Source of the DNA: Eukaryota sp. TZLM1-RC | Taxonomy: Eukaryota > Protista > Metamonada: BaSk clade | Direction: 5' to 3' | DNA: 64,000 bases | Assembly: GCA_040285825.1 (NCBI GenBank) | Contig: JAUPSS010000005.1 | Coordinates: 682,001 to 746,000 of the forward strand | In this document: one piece after another, positions 48,283 through 59,444 of the stretch | Layout: each line of letters begins with the position of its first letter | Position numbering within the stretch: the first letter of the stretch is position 1 | Position numbers and translations under genes: made by a program | The notes under the pieces: model-generated | Told to the model about the DNA's origin: nothing | Seen by the model: the letters and a program-made list of their open reading frames with translations, nothing else | Databases searched by the model: none

Positions 48283-50433
48283 ATGTCTTGCAAAAACATC
48301 CCTAATCCCTACCGTGGGATTTTTGAACACAAAATGGTCAATCGTGACAGTACCATTCTCTCCTTTGCCCGCAATCTGTGTCAACAACTTTGTTCCTTAC
48401 CTCATTGGGCCACCTCAAGAACCAAGCAGAATCCTTTCATGAATACCATTATCGGAACTAAAGGAAGTGGTAAGACAACGTTTGGATGTTGCTTTCTACA
48501 AACACTACTCGAATCCCCCCAACTCGTCTCTGAATTGCGTGAATCGTTAAAAGCTTGCAGTATCAATCCCTGTTTTGTGGACCTTTTGTTGTACCTTTAT
48601 CTTTCCGGAAGATGGTTGGGAGTAGAACTTCCAACTTATGACGAAATGCAGTGTTCAGCTGAAGACTATTTCCTTGACTATGTGGTAGAGTTTTTTGGTA
48701 TCAAAAGAGAAGGTCATGAATCACAAAATCGTCAGTTTATCCCTAGTTTACGTGCTCTACTTTCATGTGTTGAAACCAAAGACGTCAATCATGAACTCTG
48801 TTGTTTCAAATCTGATAGTGATGCTCTTGATTTTTATAAGGAATATGCAGAAATCGCCTCAACATCACTTCCTTTTCTTTTCTTCTGCGATGAAGTGTCT
48901 TCTTCCAAATTGGACTCTGAGCCTCAGTCCAAATCTGATGAAAATAATGAAGAGGGCTTGGACATGATTCGTGATTTCTTTCCCGTTTTCAAGCAAATCG
49001 TTAGGGAATCTGTTGCCCTTGTCTACACTGCTGGACTGTATCGACGTTATATCGAAAACCGGCTGGTGAACTCAAAGTTTGACGTGGTTTCATATAGACT
49101 TCCCGCTATTGTTGATCTCAATCATTTAAAACAATTTTTGGATAATGATAATAAACTCAAACAACTTGGATTTGACGAGTTTGAGGCTTTAAATTGTCTC
49201 ATTCGTTGTGCTGGTAATCCACGTCTAATTGTCAATGTTATTAATAACTACAAAAAAACGTCAACTTGGAAACTTAGTGTCTCTTCGTCAGCAATTAATT
49301 CAGGCCCAATTTTTCAAGCTTTGGCCATTGCTGCTGTGCCATTGCTGCTCAGTTGTTCTGATGATGGTAGTAAAGCGGATGTTTTGAGTTTACCATCTGG
49401 GTTCAAATCTTTGGACATTCTAGAGCTTGAGTCCAACTTGATGTTGAGTCCTTTGGTTACATCACCTCCAACTCACCTACGACAAGATGATCACAAATTT
49501 GAGGCTACAAGATATCATTGCATTTTGAATACATTTAATTTTGGGGACACGATGTTACAAAACAGCTGTCTGACTGGTAATATCTGTAGGAATTTTCAAA
49601 AGTTAATTGGGGATCAGCTTACATTATTTGTTAATCGTCGTTCTGCTCAAAACTATTCTGCTTTTGTGGGAAATAATGCTGAAGATTTGGTGATTTACTT
49701 GCTATTAATGCGTAACAATCTGGTTCGAAATTACCTTCAATTGTCCAATGATAAATATGAATGTCGTGGGCTACCGTTGGTCTACTTGTTTGGTCCTTCT
49801 CACACTGAAACTCTTCCTGATGATGCTACTTGGATTAACCGCAACTATTCCATAGAACTTTACCCCTTATTGAATTTTCAACAGTTGCAGTCTGCTGTGA
49901 AACCCAACTCCCGTAACCAGCAACCAACTTTCAACATTGATGCTCATCGTGGACATGTTTGTAAAAATGTTGAGAAAGCACAGGGTCCTGATATTGTTTT
50001 AATTCCAATGAATGGAAATGTTCTCATTGGAGTGGATTGTAAAGTTAGAATGAAAGAAATTGACGAGTTTGCTGTTGAAGAGTTTGCAAAACAATTCGTA
50101 CAAAGTTTAGCATGTCACCCACCTGTACCTGTGTTGTTTTCAATCAGATCTGTCAATAGTGCTACTGAAGTTTATCAGATTAAGCAACAGTTAACTGACT
50201 CTGTTTATGAAAAGGCATTTCAAAATTTAAAACAAAAGGATTCTGATGCTTTCCTCGATAATTCGTTCCAAGAATTGCTACAAAGAGTAGAAATAGAAAC
50301 TGGTGTTCGTCCGATTCATGAACTCTTTGGAAACCAATTCTTTGGTCCAATATTGGGAGCAGTTCTTAAAACTTACTATAAGTTAAAACCAGATGAACCA
50401 CAAGCAACTAATGCTAAATGTTCGTTATTGTAG
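48283..50433 (+). CDS. P-loop NTPase + PD-(D/E)xK nuclease (Crinkler/RHS-type NTPase-REase architecture)
   Basis: Walker A GTKGSGKT, Walker B FLFFCDE, STAND-like CAGNPRL, C-terminal E...GPDIV...GVDCK; frame open from 48073, likely ATG at 48283. Confidence 0.8.
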   Translation: MSCKNIPNPYRGIFEHKMVNRDSTILSFARNLCQQLCSLPHWATSRTKQNPFMNTIIGTKGSGKTTFGCCFLQTLLESPQLVSELRESLKACSINPCFVDLLLYLYLSGRWLGVELPTYDEMQCSAEDYFLDYVVEFFGIKREGHESQNRQFIPSLRALLSCVETKDVNHELCCFKSDSDALDFYKEYAEIASTSLPFLFFCDEVSSSKLDSEPQSKSDENNEEGLDMIRDFFPVFKQIVRESVALVYTAGLYRRYIENRLVNSKFDVVSYRLPAIVDLNHLKQFLDNDNKLKQLGFDEFEALNCLIRCAGNPRLIVNVINNYKKTSTWKLSVSSSAINSGPIFQALAIAAVPLLLSCSDDGSKADVLSLPSGFKSLDILELESNLMLSPLVTSPPTHLRQDDHKFEATRYHCILNTFNFGDTMLQNSCLTGNICRNFQKLIGDQLTLFVNRRSAQNYSAFVGNNAEDLVIYLLLMRNNLVRNYLQLSNDKYECRGLPLVYLFGPSHTETLPDDATWINRNYSIELYPLLNFQQLQSAVKPNSRNQQPTFNIDAHRGHVCKNVEKAQGPDIVLIPMNGNVLIGVDCKVRMKEIDEFAVEEFAKQFVQSLACHPPVPVLFSIRSVNSATEVYQIKQQLTDSVYEKAFQNLKQKDSDAFLDNSFQELLQRVEIETGVRPIHELFGNQFFGPILGAVLKTYYKLKPDEPQATNAKCSLL

Positions 50434-50479
50434 TCAAATGAGCAGTATTCAAATGCAATTATCTTTTATTTTAAAATAA

Positions 50480-50720
50480 TCTTATTTTATTCAAACGAAA
50501 TTGTTAAACTAAAAATCAATTTCCTCAAAATCCACATCTACTATTGAAAACTTACCTAGAGCTTTTTCTCCATAAAATCTTCCTAGTGATAACAACGAGC
50601 CAAGAACCAAGGTTTTACATTCCTTTAAGAATAGAAAAAACAATTCTGTTTTATCAAAAGGTTCGGTCAAATATTTTTCCAGTTCTTCTTTTGACAATAA
50701 ATGAAAAATCATCCAAAAAA
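50480..50720 (-). mobile_element. CRE-like 3' end remnant
   Basis: LLSLGRFY...DVDFEEIDF* resembles the other RLE tails in the window. Confidence 0.55.
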
Positions 50721-50732
50721 GATAACGCAGTT

Positions 50733-50999
50733 TTACCCAAGAAAAAGCAAAAGGAATCTCGATGGAATCTCAGTACAGAAACTACCGTCATTGGATGATA
50801 CCACAAGATTGAGGAGAATATGGTTCTTCTTAGGTTGAGGCAGAACATTGGCGTTGAAATTGTTACAATGCTTAAGAATATTGGCACAAGAAGCACAAAC
50901 TGAATGATTGTTGTTACAGATTAAAGATGGTTGACCATTAGTCGAAAGCTTCTCTGCAAATAGGACAGTTAATTGGTGTTGAACAATGAGAAATGACAA
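50733..50999 (-). pseudogene. RING-finger gene fragment
   Basis: PSLICNNNHSVCASC....C...KNHILLNLV; first Cys pair absent. Confidence 0.45.
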
Positions 51000-51109
51000 A
51001 AATGAATTACATATTGCTGTATGTTAAGAAAGAAATTTGATGCCTGTGGGCTAGAGTCAGACATATGAACAGAGATAGATTAGAGTAGAGTTTGGAAAAA
51101 CAATTAAAA

Positions 51110-51880
51110 TCCAATTCTAATTCCAAAAAGTCTCAAAATACAGGTTTTATTATTAATACATGGATTGGTTCAATCTGGCCACCCCAGCAAAATCGATAGT
51201 CTACATGAATTATCCAAAAACGATTTTTACTGGCTCAATATGAGGAAGTACCGTATAGACCATGTTAAAAGATGCCCAACTTGTCAAAAACCGGCACCAG
51301 TCAAAATTTTGTTTTTCAAGAAAAACACCTTCCACAGGTACCCTTTGGGCAGATTGTCCATTTGCTAGACTAAATATTGATACAATTGGACCTGTGAATA
51401 CTGATAGTGAAGGTAATAAATACTTGTTAATATTTGTAGATTCATTTAGTGGTTATTCAATTCTAATCACTCAAAAGAAGCTCAATGCCTTAGAGATTGC
51501 AGACGCATCAATTTGAACCGTTTGCGCAATTTTTGACATACCTATGTTAATTCATAGTGATAATGGTCTTGAGTTCGCCAATGAAACTTTCAAGATTGTG
51601 TGTAACAGATTAGCAATTTAGACGAATAACTCAATACCCCACTATTCTGAAAGTAATGGACTTGTAGAACGTAAACATAGACACTTTTAACAATGCTTGA
51701 TCAAATTATTAATACATTTCCATGATTATACAAATTGGTCTACTTATGTATCCATATCCCAACTATTGATAAATCTCTTAAAAGCAGAAAAACAGGTTTA
51801 ACACCATACAAACTTATTTTCGGATCTTCGATTAGTCCAAGATCGGACCCTGCAAATATATTAGGAAATTTATCAAAATT
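51110..51880 (+). mobile_element. Decayed Ty3/Gypsy integrase remnant
   Basis: HGLVQSGHP..CPTCQK, GTLWAD.PFARLNIDTIGP, IHSDNG.EF, SNGLVERKH; many stops. Confidence 0.85.
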
Positions 51881-51999
51881 CTTTTCACTATAAAGTTGAT
51901 TGATTTTGAAAAGGAAAAGAAGCAGTGTTGTCGCCATTAGGCTTTGATAGTATGACTATAAAAATAAATTAACTTTATGTAACCCTTCATTCCAACCTT

Positions 52000-53470
52000 T
52001 GGCAACACATGCACTTTTGATGGAAAAGTAAGAAAAAGTTTACAGTTAAACAAATGACTTGGAGTAATTTTTGATCCACATTAACAAGTCAAATTATCAG
52101 GCACATTAGCAGGCCAAATTAAACAACGAAGGCGCATTGTAGAACAAAAATCGGTATCATCAAAAGGAAGACCATATATTTGAGGAATCTCAGTAATTAA
52201 ACACAAAGAGGAACTGTTTCATACATCTAACAAAAAATTTACGAAAATGGAATTATTGATTTGGTCGAGCCAAAAACAAGTCAAAAACAAAATATTTCTC
52301 TCCACCAAGGAAAGGAACCAGACAGACAATAGACGATTTAGAAAAATAAATTTCCTCAAAACTAGATGATGAAAATGCATGACTTTGAATTAGTTCAGGA
52401 TTGGCATAAATCAAAGATACACAACAATTAGTTCTCAGGTAGTTAAACGCATTAGTTAAGTCCTTGGTAGTCATAAGGTTTTTATCTTTTTTGAGGTTAT
52501 AGTGTTGCAACCTGCAAAAAATAACGATCACTGCATTGATTTGTTGGGAACATTGATTGAGAGAAATAGATGAGAGATGTATTGCTGAAACAACGAAACA
52601 GACAGTTGAAAATGTTTCTGCTGATCTGAACCAGATGAAAATTGTCCTGCATGTTGATAAGTTATGTTTAGGTCCAAGAATTAATTACATAATGCGTTAA
52701 ATTCCTCAAATTTCGACTATTCAGTACGTCAAACAGTTGTTGACTAAAAGGATTCGATTTTGTGGTTCAGCACTGAACATCAGTAATTTTGATGAAATCC
52801 CCCTTCTTGCGTCTAGATCGTAGATTTGACTTTCTCATTTGGATGGAAGGAATTTTATGTTCGTCATTGAAATCAATTATTGAAAATCTTTTTTATACCT
52901 CCAATTTTATTCATTTAATAAGGAATATAAAACATGAGATACTCAACTGAAACTCCACATCCTCAAAATCTGCCTCCCCTAATTCGAAACAATTGATTGT
53001 TAAATATTTTCCAACAGAAGAGAGTGAATTAGAAATTAGTTTTACCATACCCTTGAAAATAGAAATTGCAATCCTGTTCTGTTAGTCAACACGATTAAAG
53101 ACTCTTCCAGTTTTTTCCTTTACAACTACAGCAAATTCTCAAGAAAAGCCATAGCAGCCTTACCTAGAGATGTGCAAGCAATGAAAAAACCAAGGGACAT
53201 CAATTATATTGAGCATGAGGAATTTTCATCAACTGAAGAAATGGCTTTGATTTTCTTATTGAAAATCTATCAGCAGTTCTGTAATTTCTTATGTGGTGTC
53301 ATTCATGGGTTTGTTTCAAGTATTTTATAACAACTTCAGGTATCATATTGCGAATTTCAATTGGCAACAGTAACAGTAACAAGAAAACAACACTAAGAAC
53401 TGCATTAGAATATCTACAATTGAGAAATATTGTTTCATTATTACCGACACGAACTTGTTCTTCAAAAATA
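52000..53470 (-). mobile_element. Two adjacent decayed CRE-like fragments
   Basis: KDLTNAFN (RT), C.CGSKITPSHLFNC (Zn knuckle), and tail EADFEDVEF. Confidence 0.6.
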
Positions 53471-54022
53471 GTTGCTTTCAAAGTCGTAAAAGATCTATTT
53501 CTGTAATATCTAAACCACTATTCGTCAATAAAAAAGCTTTATTATGAGGTTTGGATCATGAAAAAACCTAGTGTGGCCCCACTCAAAGGTTCATGTTTTG
53601 GTGATTGTTGTTTTTATTCTTGATTTAAGAATAATACTTTTTGAACAGGCAACAATAGTAACTGAAAACAAACGATTAAAAATAGTTAGTGGAAAAAATT
53701 AATTAAAACAGCATAAAGTAGCCAATTGTGATTATTCATCAATAGAATTCAGTTTGTTGCAACAGTTATTGATGTGAATGTGAGCAAAATTCATACTGAT
53801 CGACTAGAGTTTCTGTACAGCACTGCAGTTGTTGTGCTCAATATTTGAACAAACAAAAGAAGGACAAACCCAGTGAAATTTCGCCATCAATCGGTTGATG
53901 CGCTGATACGTTATACATTTCCATCATACAAATAACATTTTGAGAAATGAAGCTCAAGAAAGCTGTATTTTTTTTGAAAAGAACTTTTACCATATTTAAA
54001 ATAATAAACAATTTTCTACAAA

Positions 54023-54991
54023 TTACACCGTGCCATAATTTCTTGCCCTAAATCGCCAAGGAGGAGGTTCATTTGGATCTACATAATAACTGCCCCTGAC
54101 TATGATCCAAATTATAAAGATAATGATGCAAGCCTCAATAACCCTCCCAAAAAATCTTTTAACGGATTCAAGAAATGACCTTTCCAGCACACTGGATGAG
54201 TAACAGACAGGCAGAGCGTTTTCGGTAGCTTTTCCAACAGTAAGTGTAGAATAGTGGGCAAACATTTCAGGCGAAACAACTTCAAGACCTTCAAAAGACG
54301 TTGCATCACCAGAAGATGTCCAAATGGGTAGTATGTTGATTGCATGGCTTCGGTTCATTTTCACAATAATTGAGACGTTAGCTCGGCTCTTGTCTGTCGT
54401 AAGTTGAAAGGTTGAATTAGAGAAAGTTGAATGATATTTGTTAGAAATGATCTTGATCTGTTTAAATCCACTTGAACGAAATAATGTATTTGAAGCAGTT
54501 TTAGAGGTCCAATCATGGCGGTAATTCGATGAGCCATGCTCGAAAAAACTTTCGTTCGGGACATTGAACGAGCTGATGATGCCCAATTTGATCTGCTTGG
54601 CAAAATCATTGTCAAGAGGGGACAATAAAACTTGCTCAAGATCTCCATTTTCTGAAAATCGAGCAAAGTAGAGATGATTTAAGCTAGTGGACAACGATTT
54701 TCCACAAGACGAACTATCTGTAATAACATTAAGGGATGATGCATCAACAGAAAAAGTGTATTGTGAAACACTTGTGGATGTTGAAGTCTCTTTATGAATA
54801 CACTTCATTGTTAATGATCCATTCAAATGAATCAAGTGATAAGCATCAGCTGCGACAACTTTAGAGTGTGTAACAATGCTTGTGTTGGTGTCAAACATTA
54901 CCTCATCTCCGATGTCATAGAATAGTGCTACATGACCCAAAGTTACTGTCAAAAGAATTGAAAGAATGAAGCATGTGTTAATACCACACAT
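54023..54991 (-). CDS. Predicted type I membrane protein with a vitellogenin/LLTP N-terminal-like ectodomain
   Basis: N-terminal signal peptide; TM segment IEACIIIFIIWIIV; motif YFARFSENGDLEQV...DNDFAKQIKLGIISSF. Confidence 0.7.
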   Translation of the reverse strand: MCGINTCFILSILLTVTLGHVALFYDIGDEVMFDTNTSIVTHSKVVAADAYHLIHLNGSLTMKCIHKETSTSTSVSQYTFSVDASSLNVITDSSSCGKSLSTSLNHLYFARFSENGDLEQVLLSPLDNDFAKQIKLGIISSFNVPNESFFEHGSSNYRHDWTSKTASNTLFRSSGFKQIKIISNKYHSTFSNSTFQLTTDKSRANVSIIVKMNRSHAINILPIWTSSGDATSFEGLEVVSPEMFAHYSTLTVGKATENALPVCYSSSVLERSFLESVKRFFGRVIEACIIIFIIWIIVRGSYYVDPNEPPPWRFRARNYGTV

Positions 54992-55689
54992 TAAAATTTT
55001 AATACATCTTTTTTTAACTGGAATATTAATTGAGATAAAAATAATCTATCTAGAATTCAATAACCTCCAAACAAATACATCTTGAAAGCTTGGATTGTGA
55101 TGTTAAACTTGGCTTGGCCAGGAAACAGAATCCCGCTTTTGCAAATCTTTTACAAGATATGTGTGATAGTACTTCTTCTGCCTTAGTAACAACAATTCCT
55201 CAAGTTTATGGCACTCTGTTAACTGATCCTGCCTGCAAATGAATATGAGATTTCTTTCATTTGTTAGCTTCTAGACGTATTTAGTTGATAGATTTGTATT
55301 TACGGGTATCACGTGATGTCACGTCCTCACTGATTCAATAAGATTCTTGTTAAATTTATTCAGATCATTCTTTCCGCTGTTATAAACTGTACTGTATTTT
55401 TGAAGTAATGTCCTATTTAGTATTCAATATCCTCCAAACAAGCATCATTATAACTAAACCTACTGACAACCTTTCTTTCTTATTCTACACCAATGGCTAA
55501 AAAAGCTTTCCTTTACAAAATCATGATTTGCTTGATGTCTAGCTAAAGCATCTCCAACTCGATAGAAAAACCAAAATAATCCATTAATAGAGGCAAATTG
55601 AATTCAACAGTGCTATAAAGCCATATCAAATCTTCTCATTGTTTTGAAATAAATTCTATATTAATTGGACGAACATGTACAATTATTTG

Positions 55690-57230
55690 TTTTGAGAGAA
55701 TTAAGTCATTCGCAATTAAAATCTGCCATCCTTATCAGTTCGCAATTGGAATTCCTGATGGTAGTACTTGTGGTACCTTGTGTAAAGATTTACTTTTCAA
55801 TCAAAAAGACGAAAATTACTTATTGAATACTGATTTCAAAAATGCTTTCAACTCGAATTTCATTTTTATTCAACAAAAAATATGGAATACACAATTAAAA
55901 CTCCACATCCTCAAAACCTGCCTCCCCTACATCAAAACAATTAATTGCTAAAGATTCAGAAAATTTCCCAAAAAAATTTCGCTAAAGCATTTTGCAAGAA
56001 CTTACACTTAATTTTCCCCCTATTGTGCCATATTTTTAATTGATGTATGGATCGCCCTCTAAGCTGATTTTCCATTCTGAGGACACTTCTTCTTCAAAAG
56101 GCGTCAAGCAGGGAGATCTCCTGGGTCCATTTTTTTGTTTAGCACTTCAATCAGTTTGATCAAAATTTAGTTTAGGATTTTCCCGACATTTATTTATGTG
56201 CTTATGCAGATGATTTATCACTTATCGGTCCTTTGTCTCTTTTACAGCAAGGGCCACAACATTTCGTTATTCTGTCCCAACAAATTGGGTTAGACATTAA
56301 ATTGCCCAAGTGTTTCATTATTGGTAATCAGAATGCTGAGGGAGCATTTAATGAAACTTTCATTAAATATGTTGATTATTGAAGCAGACGCAATTCGGTT
56401 TCTTGGCTCCTATTTTGGAAATAGTGAAAAAACTAATACGATTTTAACAGGTATTTTGGGAAAGATTGAAGAGAAACTTTCAGCTATACAAGAATTAAAA
56501 ATTGACAAGAATTTAGCTTTTTCGGTTTTGAACGTGTGGTTTGTGTCAAAAATTAATAACCTTGTACGTTCTTAATGTCCTAAAATTCCACATGATTTTG
56601 CACGTCAATTTAATGCTCTGAGAACAAATTTCTTTGGAGATTTAGTGAAAGTTTGTCCGTCCAATATTCCTTATCATGTATTTTTTAGTCCTAAATTTGC
56701 TCAAGTTGGTTTTTCAAAAGCAGAGTATTTATGCAAATGGCCTTCATTAGTGCAATGAAAAATAAATTTGTTACTCGAATGCCTGATTGATCAAATTCCT
56801 TTGAATGAATCATATCCCTTATTAAAGTCTCTCGAAAATATCGTGCAAGAACTACCTATTGATGTGTGCAATAAGTGTTTTCCTTCAAGTTTTTCTTCTG
56901 TACCTTCGAGAGCTGAGTCTAATCTTTTGCTTGCTGTTGTGAAATAACAGCAGTTTGTTGTAACTGGTTTTGAAGACCTGGATTTTTCTCAACGACTAAA
57001 ATTAATAATCCTGTCTTTGTTGCCTTTTTATCAGACATCCAGAATTGCACTAGTATAATTTCTCAGCAACCAAGACAATTTGGTCTTCAATCAACAAATG
57101 AAGGTTGGAAATAAAACGTGCGTTTAAGATTAGGGTTCTATCCAGGTGGTTTTTTGGATAATTCTGTTTGTATTTGTAACGAAAAACCGACTATCAATTC
57201 CCGTCATATTGTAAATTGCAATTTTTTTCT
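55690..57230 (+). mobile_element. Decayed CRE-like retrotransposon RT region
   Basis: HQFAIG, DFKNAFNS, GVKQGDLLGP, AYADDLSLIG, FLGSYFG, later CIC...HIVNC; many stops and indels. Confidence 0.85.
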
Positions 57231-57399
57231 TCCTTCCTCTACGTGGGGCCGTTTAACTTAAATCCTGGCTGAACTGTGATCATTGCTTCTATTCTTTCTT
57301 GCTGATGCCGAATCAGTTTCTGATTCTAATGGAGTCAAAAGAAAGAACGATAAACAACAATATGCTCAAGTCCTTTCCACCTCTTCTCCTGAAATGAAA

Positions 57400-58215
57400 G
57401 CAAGTCATCAGATTCTTCACTGTTTGTGACCATTGTCCCACGAAGATTTGGACTGTGTACCAATAATGAAGCATTTGTAACAAAAATGAGATTAAATTTG
57501 AACATTCCCATTGATCAATTATTATTAAAAGAAAAATGTATTTGCTCGAATCCACCTCAACTCACTTTGCGACATGCTCTGAATTGCTCTAAATTGATAA
57601 CTTATCGTTCTTCATTACATGACGCTTTTAGAGACACTGTTTTCAATATGGCACAAACTGCAAGAATATCATGTATCAAAGATTCTCTGCTGAAGGAAAC
57701 ACTTTCTCTGAATAATTTTGGTTTTGATGATAGAAGTGATGTGTACTGCGAATGGATTGATAATTCTGAAGCTATTGTTGACTTTGTCTCATGTAATGAT
57801 GCAAATGATACTTTGGTTCACAGAAGAAAGTTAATCCTGTGACAGCCCTTGATTTTAAAGCAAAAGAGAAACATAGAAAATATGATAAAGATATTGAAGA
57901 GGCTAATGCCGATAGAAATACACAGCTGGTTTTTATTGCTTTCCCATTTTCGATAAATGGAAGATTAGCAAAAACTATTTGAATGACTTCCAAAAAATAG
58001 TGCATGAAACAACAATGAAATGATTTGATATTTTTCATGGCGTTCACGGATTCAATTTGCAATTATTAATAGATTACCTCGGTTTTTCAATCGAATAAGA
58101 GAAGCTTTAGCTAGACAGCAAGCAGATCAAGATTTTGTAGAGGAAATCTTGGTTCAATGATAGTCGTCCCATCAGTGTTGAGTTAATTTAATTAAGTGTG
58201 CAAATTCAATAAATA
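57400..58215 (+). mobile_element. CRE-like Zn-knuckle/RLE 3' end
   Basis: CICSNPPQLTLRHALNC..SLHD..RSD..VDFV..KEKHRKY..FPFSING; AATAAA. Confidence 0.85.
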
Positions 58216-58229
58216 CCAAAAATTGCAAT

Positions 58230-58840
58230 AAGTTTCCCCAATATCGGTCTGTTTTTTCATAATGCCGATGGTGATGTTACATTTGAGTTGTTTCAATGTT
58301 TCAATTTTAGTTGCAAAGGAGAATCGTTGTTGAAGCATTATAGTGATAATTTGTTTAATTCACGTTGAGGTAGTTTACTTGCTCCTTTTGTGAATTCCTC
58401 TCAAGTTGTTGTTGATTTTACTACAGTTGATCTCTTTACTTGAATTTATCGTGATAACGTTTTACTTAGTTCTAATGGTCAGTTGAACAAGGCGGCAGTT
58501 CGTAAACGAGACAAATATACTAACATATTAAATGATTTTAATAGGAACCTTTACTCGAAGTTTTCGTTTGTTCCTTTTGCCTTTTCGCAACTTTGGATGG
58601 TCTGCCTTGATTTTTCTCAATGATATTAACAATTTATGTCGTTCATGTGGAATTTATTTTTCAATGAATTCATGGAAGAAGCTGATCATTTTTGTTTTGT
58701 ACAGAAGTGTTGCCAAGTACTTAAATTCAATGATGTCCAAGCTGTATAAGGATCCATCAAAAAATGGCGTGGAGAATTTTGTTTCTAATGTGTTTCAATT
58801 TTCTTTGTTTTGTTATATTTTCTACGTAGAATAATAAATG
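58230..58840 (+). mobile_element. Another decayed CRE-like RLE 3' end
   Basis: HN, RG, VVDFT, KRDKY, FVPFAFS..G in broken frames; AATAAA at end. Confidence 0.6.
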
Positions 58841-58927
58841 GAAACAATAAAAAATAGAATAACATGTATCGGTTATCAAGACTCCAGGAAACAAGTATTT
58901 GAAAATTAGGATTTACTCAATTTCATA

Positions 58928-59368
58928 ATGCAACCCCCCTTTCCATTCCAACAAACTGTTGCTCCTGTTCCCACCAATCCTTATCCAATTGATCCAGCAC
59001 GTCACCATCCTCCTCATGCTCATCAATCACGACATGCTCCTGTTCTGGTTGATTCCAACAGACTTCAATCTATTCTTCGTCAGATTGATCCCGAAGCTAA
59101 GCTACATAACGATGTAGAAACCAAAATTCAGGAATTCTCTCAAAAATTTCTTGAAGATGTTGCTTCTGGATGTCTAGAACTTGCAAAGCACAGAGGAGGA
59201 GAATCAATTCTTCCCAAGGACATTGCTCTCATACTGCATCGTTTCTATGACATTACCATTCCCGGCAGCGATTTAGTTGTACCACCCAAGGTTGTACCTA
59301 GTGGTGCGTCCCATAAGCAACGATTAGAAGTTGTAAATAGAAATATTAGGCAACAGAAAACATTATGA
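58928..59368 (+). CDS. TAF12: TFIID subunit 12 (histone-fold)
   Basis: RLQSILRQIDP...LAKHR...KDIALIL...ITIPG and C-terminal HKQRL. Confidence 0.9.
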   Translation: MQPPFPFQQTVAPVPTNPYPIDPARHHPPHAHQSRHAPVLVDSNRLQSILRQIDPEAKLHNDVETKIQEFSQKFLEDVASGCLELAKHRGGESILPKDIALILHRFYDITIPGSDLVVPPKVVPSGASHKQRLEVVNRNIRQQKTL

Positions 59369-59444
59369 TTTGAACTTTATTTTTTGTTTTCCTCTTAATT
59401 TATGGTATTTTTGTAATTAAATGAAATTATTTTTGAAAATTACT

